Source: Lachnospiraceae bacterium
GTDB lineage: Bacteria > Bacillota > Clostridia > Lachnospirales > Lachnospiraceae
DNA: 47,246 nucleotides
Reading direction: 5' to 3'
Assembly: GCA_047242405.1 (NCBI GenBank)
Contig: JBKTKK010000001.1
Location: 1 to 47,246 of the forward strand
The notes under the pieces were generated by a model, which worked only from the letters and a program-made list of their open reading frames with translations, did no database searches and was not told the DNA's origin. Of this stretch, positions 42,095 to 47,246 are shown piece by piece (position 1 is the first letter of the stretch; each line of letters starts with the position of its first letter). Position numbers and translations under genes: made by a program.

Positions 42095-42994
42095 TCAACC
42101 ATCTAAAGCTAAATTTAAATAGGCATTTTCTATCGATATCGGCTCACTAAGCATACCAAAGGGTAACACTTCACCCTCTAAAAAATAAGCAGGAACATAA
42201 GCTACTGCATATTTACATCCTTTTTCTTGACATAACCAATAAACGATATCGGAAAGATAGGATGAATCTAACGTAGTTTCTCGAATGATTAATCTCTTGT
42301 CCGCTATTGCCGCCATAATAATATACTCTTTTTGTTTAATTGTAAGTTTAACGGTAAAGCCATTATAATGATTGTTTTCTTTTAATGCATAGGAAACTGC
42401 CTCTAAATCCCATTTTACATATCCATTCTTTCGAAAAGCCCCATCACGTAACCTCTTATAAGTTTCTGGTTCAATAAAATCTAATTGCATTTGCTTGTAT
42501 AAATATTCGCTCTCGCATAGCTGACACTTATTACTACGTGTACGCTTCAACCAACTTTCATCATATTCAATTTTTTTTCTATAAAAGCTGGAGATAAATC
42601 CTTGCTTCTCATAGTAAGAGAATAATTTAGCAGATGCTGGTACTAAGCATAAAAGGGCCTCTTCTTTGTCTGCCACATCTTTGACAAATGTTAGCAAGTC
42701 AGAAGCAACTCCTTGTTTTTGAAAATCAGGCAGAGTAGCCACAGCATAAATATAATAGATCTTTTTTTCTTGTTCCTGCAATAATAAGGTAGCCGGCAAC
42801 ATTGTTAACATACCAACGACTTTCTCTTCTCGAATGTATACGCAGGTATTTTCATAGCGAAAACGATTTTTATAATAGAATTCCCAACTATCTTCCGTTT
42901 CCTGAAAACACTCCATCCAAATAACTTTTAAATCTGATACTAGTTTTGCATCATTTTCATCTAGTTTCCTGATTTCTTTCATTCCAATCCTCAT
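42095..42994 (-). CDS. GNAT acetyltransferase
   Basis: YIYAVATLPDFQKQG; LVPA..LFSYYEKQGF. Confidence 0.85.
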   Translation of the reverse strand: MRIGMKEIRKLDENDAKLVSDLKVIWMECFQETEDSWEFYYKNRFRYENTCVYIREEKVVGMLTMLPATLLLQEQEKKIYYIYAVATLPDFQKQGVASDLLTFVKDVADKEEALLCLVPASAKLFSYYEKQGFISSFYRKKIEYDESWLKRTRSNKCQLCESEYLYKQMQLDFIEPETYKRLRDGAFRKNGYVKWDLEAVSYALKENNHYNGFTVKLTIKQKEYIIMAAIADKRLIIRETTLDSSYLSDIVYWLCQEKGCKYAVAYVPAYFLEGEVLPFGMLSEPISIENAYLNLALDG

Positions 42995-43007
42995 TCCTAT
43001 CGAACCG

Positions 43008-43895
43008 TTACTTTGCTCTTGCGGTAAATTTGTCTAATAGGATGTCCGGATAATAAGATAATTTCGCCTTTCTTAGTCCCTCATCACCCATATCTTCTTC
43101 TCGATTTACATAAGTGAAATCCTGACAATTATTAAGAACAAATTGCTGATTCATTATTGGATAAGCACCTTGAATATCTGCAAAGGCTTTTTCAATATGA
43201 ACGACAAAGGTGTCAGATGATAAAGGTTCTCCTATTGAATAAGCAACAACTTCGCCTTCTCTTCGGATCAAACCACCTTGCAACTTAAGTTCAGAGAAAT
43301 GTTCAAAAGCTTCTTTTACCGCACGTAATTCTTTATCCAGCCCATCTTCTTCACCACTATTATATTTTTGACGCCATTTTTCGTTCATAATCAAACAATC
43401 TTCTATATTCTCGCTGGTAATTGGTTCATAGGACCAATTGGGGTTATCCTTAAAACGAGCAATATGGTTTCTCTTTCCATGTAATTTTTTCCCAGATAAG
43501 TTAGAAAGTTTTTCAACTGTATAAATATAATCACTCTCTCCACGATTTGTTGTGATTTCAAAAGCATCGTCAAATGTTTCATTGATAAATTTCACCTGCT
43601 CCTCTGTTAAAGCACGGATTGTAAATGTTACATTTCTACTTTTGGCATCCTCCCATAGCGTTTGAATGACCGCTTTTAAATCCCCTTTTCCTGCAGGAAA
43701 CGTATAGATTGGTGCTGACTCTTTACCACTTATCATACAACAAAAACCATCTACAAACGCCACTTTTGTATTATAGGCATTACGCCATATAAAGCATCCA
43801 GCGAAACAGTATTCACACCCTTTCAAATCCGCTTCTTTAAAACATTGATTCATCCATTCTCTATCTTGTAACGTAACTTCTTTAAACTCTATCAT
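43008..43895 (-). CDS. DUF2156 / phosphatidylglycerol lysyltransferase C-terminal-like protein
   Basis: DYIY..LSGKKLHGKRNH; HIEKA; VNREEDMG.EGLRKAKLSY.P. Confidence 0.9.
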   Translation of the reverse strand: MIEFKEVTLQDREWMNQCFKEADLKGCEYCFAGCFIWRNAYNTKVAFVDGFCCMISGKESAPIYTFPAGKGDLKAVIQTLWEDAKSRNVTFTIRALTEEQVKFINETFDDAFEITTNRGESDYIYTVEKLSNLSGKKLHGKRNHIARFKDNPNWSYEPITSENIEDCLIMNEKWRQKYNSGEEDGLDKELRAVKEAFEHFSELKLQGGLIRREGEVVAYSIGEPLSSDTFVVHIEKAFADIQGAYPIMNQQFVLNNCQDFTYVNREEDMGDEGLRKAKLSYYPDILLDKFTARAK

Positions 43896-44144
43896 TGTTC
43901 CTCCATTAAATTATTCATTCTTTCTTATGTCTACTATCTCATTAAATAACTATTTGTAGAAATTGAGGTAATTATGCAAAATCAAAGCGGGTATTCCCAA
44001 TTCGATATTTGCCCCTTACCACATAGCAACTTTCGTACCTTTCAACTGAAGCGGTACCCCACCTTGCACAAGTAAGTCCGCTCTTCCTCTTTATCTCTGC
44101 GACATTCGAGCACTACGATCTTTGTTTCATTCAGACAAAACAGT

Positions 44145-44204
44145 AATGATAGTAATCATTCTCATTTAATCACTCATTATATCATATAATTCCGATAGGA
44201 ACAA
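44145..44204 (-). promoter_or_regulatory. SigA-like promoter followed by a Fur-box-like operator
   Basis: Minus strand TTGTTC, 17 nt, TGA-TATAAT; then AATGAGAATGATTACTATCATT (12/15 match to TGATAATCATTATCA). Confidence 0.5.
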
Positions 44205-44280
44205 TAGCCCATTATAAAATAACAAAGCCAGCGGAATAATATATATTTGCTGGCTTTGTTATATAAAGGACCAAATCCCA

Positions 44281-44547
44281 TTAAGCACGAATTGACTCAT
44301 CCTGCAAAACTGTTTGCATAGCTATGATTGCCTTACTTTCATCTCGGCCGGTACACTGTAATGTCACCTCATCTCCTGCCAAAATCCCACATGCCACCAA
44401 GTTAAGAACGCTCTTTGCATTTATATTATTATTTTTATACTGTATGTAAGAATACGCATCATATTTTGAAGCTGCATTTGCTAGAATTCCAGCTGGTTTA
44501 AGGTGTATGCCACATGGAATTCGCACTTTTAACCTTTTTTTAACCAT
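44281..44547 (-). CDS. HPr-family phosphocarrier protein
   Basis: GIHLKPAG (His15), INAKSVL (Ser46), G.DE..A. Confidence 0.9.
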   Translation of the reverse strand: MVKKRLKVRIPCGIHLKPAGILANAASKYDAYSYIQYKNNNINAKSVLNLVACGILAGDEVTLQCTGRDESKAIIAMQTVLQDESIRA

Positions 44548-44821
44548 ACTAGCACCTCCTTGCTAGAACCATTATTCTATTATTTATTAACTCTATTATA
44601 CAATAGGGCTCTAAGTAAATCCTAACAAAGATTCCTATTATTTTATGCCATTTTTACGTATCTTCCTTTTTCATTGTATACATTATACAATGTTCTCATC
44701 ATTTTCCGTGTATAAATTGAGGTGCAATTTGTTAACACCCCCACATTTACACCTCCCCCCCCCTATAGAAATAAAAACAGGGATGGGATCTGAATGATTC
44801 CTCCCTGTTTTATCTTTTAAA

Positions 44822-45244
44822 CTATAAAAATTTTTTCATTTCTTCAATGTTATTTTCTTCTGTCTTTAATAATGCTTTTGCTAATGACAAATATTTTTTA
44901 TCCGTTTCCTGATTATCATTAATAGCCTTTGTTATATTTGTTACACCCATAGTACTTCCTTGAACAATCATTTTAGCTAAATACTCCGGTGAACTATTGG
45001 CCATTGTCTTTAACGAGGCCATTACTTCCGATGTCATTTTTGAAAATCCACTTCCTTCTGTTGGTTGCGCACCGCCCTCTTTAATCATCTGATCGGCTTG
45101 ATCAAATATTTTTTCGTATTCTGTTAATTGTTCTTCCAATACAATCCGAAAATTTGTGTCATCGGTTCGTTTAATGACACTCATAAGTGTATTTCTACCC
45201 ATTTCAGCATTTTGGTAAATTTCATTTAATAAATTTGTGTTCAT
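44822..45244 (-). CDS. Conserved hypothetical helical protein
   Basis: LLNEIYQNAEMG..AKMIVQGSTMG..EENNIEEMKKFL; SD GGAGGGG; downstream terminator at about 44773-44811. Confidence 0.7.
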   Translation of the reverse strand: MNTNLLNEIYQNAEMGRNTLMSVIKRTDDTNFRIVLEEQLTEYEKIFDQADQMIKEGGAQPTEGSGFSKMTSEVMASLKTMANSSPEYLAKMIVQGSTMGVTNITKAINDNQETDKKYLSLAKALLKTEENNIEEMKKFL

Positions 45245-45477
45245 AAGCCCCTCCATATTATTAATTATCTAAATTATTGTGAGCCTTTTTCTTGAAAAGA
45301 TTGCTAGAAGATAATGGATTAACAAATAATACAAATACTTCTAATTTTACCAGAAGATATTTTTGATAATATCATTTAATTTTAAGATTTTTGTACCACA
45401 ATATTAAATATAAACTTGCTATAATAATTAACAATGATTAAAAATTTGGCTTTAAGATACGGAAGGAGAGCGATTGT

Positions 45478-47246
45478 ATGGTAAAAAACGATTATAAACA
45501 TGTGCAAGGATTAACAAGCGCTCAAGTAGAAGAACGAGCAGACGCTGGGCAGATAAATGTTCAACAAATAAAAATCAGTAAATCTTACCGCCAGATTTTT
45601 ATTGAAAATATATTTACTCTGTTTAACCTGTTCAACTTACTCATTGCTGCTGCACTAATTTACGTTGGTGCTTATGAAAATGTCCTATTTCTCGGTTTGA
45701 TAATGCTAAATACAACGATTAGCATTATACAAGAAATTCGATCCAAAAGAATGCTTGAAAAACTCTCTTTATTATCTGCTTCTTATGCCCATGTTATCCG
45801 TGATGGGAAAGAATGTGCAATTTCGCTGGATGAAATTGTTTTAGATGATACGCTGCTATTCCAAATGGGAAATCAAATTTGCGTAGATAGTATCGTGCTT
45901 GATGGTGAAGTAGAAGTGAATGAATCATTGTTAACGGGAGAGGCAGACCCAATCTATAAGCGGCCTGGTGATACCTTATTATCCGGAAGTTTTATTATTT
46001 GTGGCAACTGTTCTGCCAAAGCAATTCATATAGGTGCCGATAACTATGCCGTTAAAATCGCTTCTGAAGCAAAAAAACATAAGAAGTTCCATTCGGAATT
46101 GATGGATTCTATGAATAAAATCGTACAATTTACTGGATTTTTTATAATTCCATTTGGGATACTAATATTTTTTCGATCTTACTATAATTTAAATATGAGT
46201 TTTACGGATACGGTTGTATCCACTGCTGGTGCCCTCCTAGGTTTAATGCCAAAAGGGTTGATACTGTTAACGACGGTCTCTTTAGTCGTAGGCGTTATCC
46301 ATCTAGCGAAAAAGAAAACATTGGTACATGAATTATTCTGTATTGAAACCCTATCTCGTGTAGATACCCTCTGTTTAGATAAAACAGGGACACTAACGAA
46401 AGGAACGATGAAAGTTTCCGATACAATCCCTTTTCCATGTCCGAACTTACCAGATTCTCTTATGAATGTAATTGGTACAAGTATATATGCCATCGACGAC
46501 TGTAATGCAACTGCAAATGCTTTGCGCGATCATTTTCCCAACCATGCGAATTGGATAATAAAAGAAAGACAACCATTCTCGTCCCAACGAAAATGGAGTG
46601 CTGTAAGTTTTAAAGAAAAAGGATCTCTCTTTATAGGAGCCAGTGATATCCTTTTACCTAACTACCCCTTCCCCGAACAGATAACCCAATATGCCCAAGA
46701 AGGGAAACGGCTTATACTAATTGGTTACAGTCCATCTTGCAATTTAAAAATGGCAGAAAATAATATTACTCCAGCAGCAATTATCGTATTAGAAGAAGAG
46801 TTAAGGGATAATGTAAATGATATATTACAATTTTTCTATAAAGAAGATGTGACTATAAAAATAATATCTGGAGACCATCCAACCACAGTAGCTAGTATTG
46901 CAAAACAAGCTGGAGTCCCCAATGCTGATAAATATATTGATGCATCCACCCTGCATAGTAAACAGGATATTATGGAGTCAATTGAGACCTATACCGTTTT
47001 CGGGCGCGTTTTACCAGCACAAAAAAAGCAGCTTATCCAAGCCTTAAAGGAAAATGGACATACGGTAGCAATGACCGGTGATGGTGTAAATGATGTATTG
47101 GCTCTAAAAGAAGCGGATTGTTCCATTGCAGTAGCTTCTGGAAGTGAGGCTGCACGAGATGTTTCCCAACTTGTATTAATGGATAATGACTTCTCCTCTC
47201 TTCCATCTGTCGTTATGGAAGGTAGAAGGGTGATTAATAATATAAC
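45478..47246 (+). CDS. P-type cation-transporting ATPase (CtpE-like), runs off the window; absent from the ORF track
   Basis: SD GAAGGAG, ATG 45478, GLTSAQVEER; NESLLTGE; CLDKTGTLT (about 46375); ISGD; MTGDGVNDVLALK. Confidence 0.93.
   Translation, partial: MVKNDYKHVQGLTSAQVEERADAGQINVQQIKISKSYRQIFIENIFTLFNLFNLLIAAALIYVGAYENVLFLGLIMLNTTISIIQEIRSKRMLEKLSLLSASYAHVIRDGKECAISLDEIVLDDTLLFQMGNQICVDSIVLDGEVEVNESLLTGEADPIYKRPGDTLLSGSFIICGNCSAKAIHIGADNYAVKIASEAKKHKKFHSELMDSMNKIVQFTGFFIIPFGILIFFRSYYNLNMSFTDTVVSTAGALLGLMPKGLILLTTVSLVVGVIHLAKKKTLVHELFCIETLSRVDTLCLDKTGTLTKGTMKVSDTIPFPCPNLPDSLMNVIGTSIYAIDDCNATANALRDHFPNHANWIIKERQPFSSQRKWSAVSFKEKGSLFIGASDILLPNYPFPEQITQYAQEGKRLILIGYSPSCNLKMAENNITPAAIIVLEEELRDNVNDILQFFYKEDVTIKIISGDHPTTVASIAKQAGVPNADKYIDASTLHSKQDIMESIETYTVFGRVLPAQKKQLIQALKENGHTVAMTGDGVNDVLALKEADCSIAVASGSEAARDVSQLVLMDNDFSSLPSVVMEGRRVINNI

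Noticed and set aside
703..46493. Short ORFs antisense or out of frame to real genes (e.g. 703-981, 4733-4942, 8755-9138, 19083-19487, 46182-46493)
   Set aside because: Shadow ORFs with no recognisable motifs; 46182-46493 is antisense to the P-type ATPase.

Overview
Low-GC, Lachnospiraceae/Clostridiales-like chromosome segment. Positions 1-6100 are a decayed mobile island integrated at the 3' end of rlmD/rumA. It holds an intact-looking tyrosine integrase, deletion-fused phage tail and endolysin fragments, a small HTH/peptide cassette with a duplicated promoter-operator, IS fragments and a broken two-component system. A single 32-nt type I-C-like CRISPR repeat sits just in front of the integrase ribosome-binding site, with no array or cas genes in the window. 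The rest is mostly core genome on the minus strand: rlmD, a metallophosphoesterase, a six-gene polyamine operon (speD-speA-speE-speB-CASDH-nspC) behind a ~470-nt structured leader with terminators, pcrA, pspA/SPFH, an ECF sigma module, a nucleoside ABC transporter with an MtaD-like deaminase, a sugar SBP/AraC/glycosidase group, PNP, HAD, GNAT, DUF2156, HPr, and a P-type ATPase running off the right edge. Many conserved genes carry small frameshifts, probably sequencing errors. All family calls come from motif recognition by eye; no searches were run. The top leads are the solitary CRISPR repeat on the integrase leader and the speD leader RNA.
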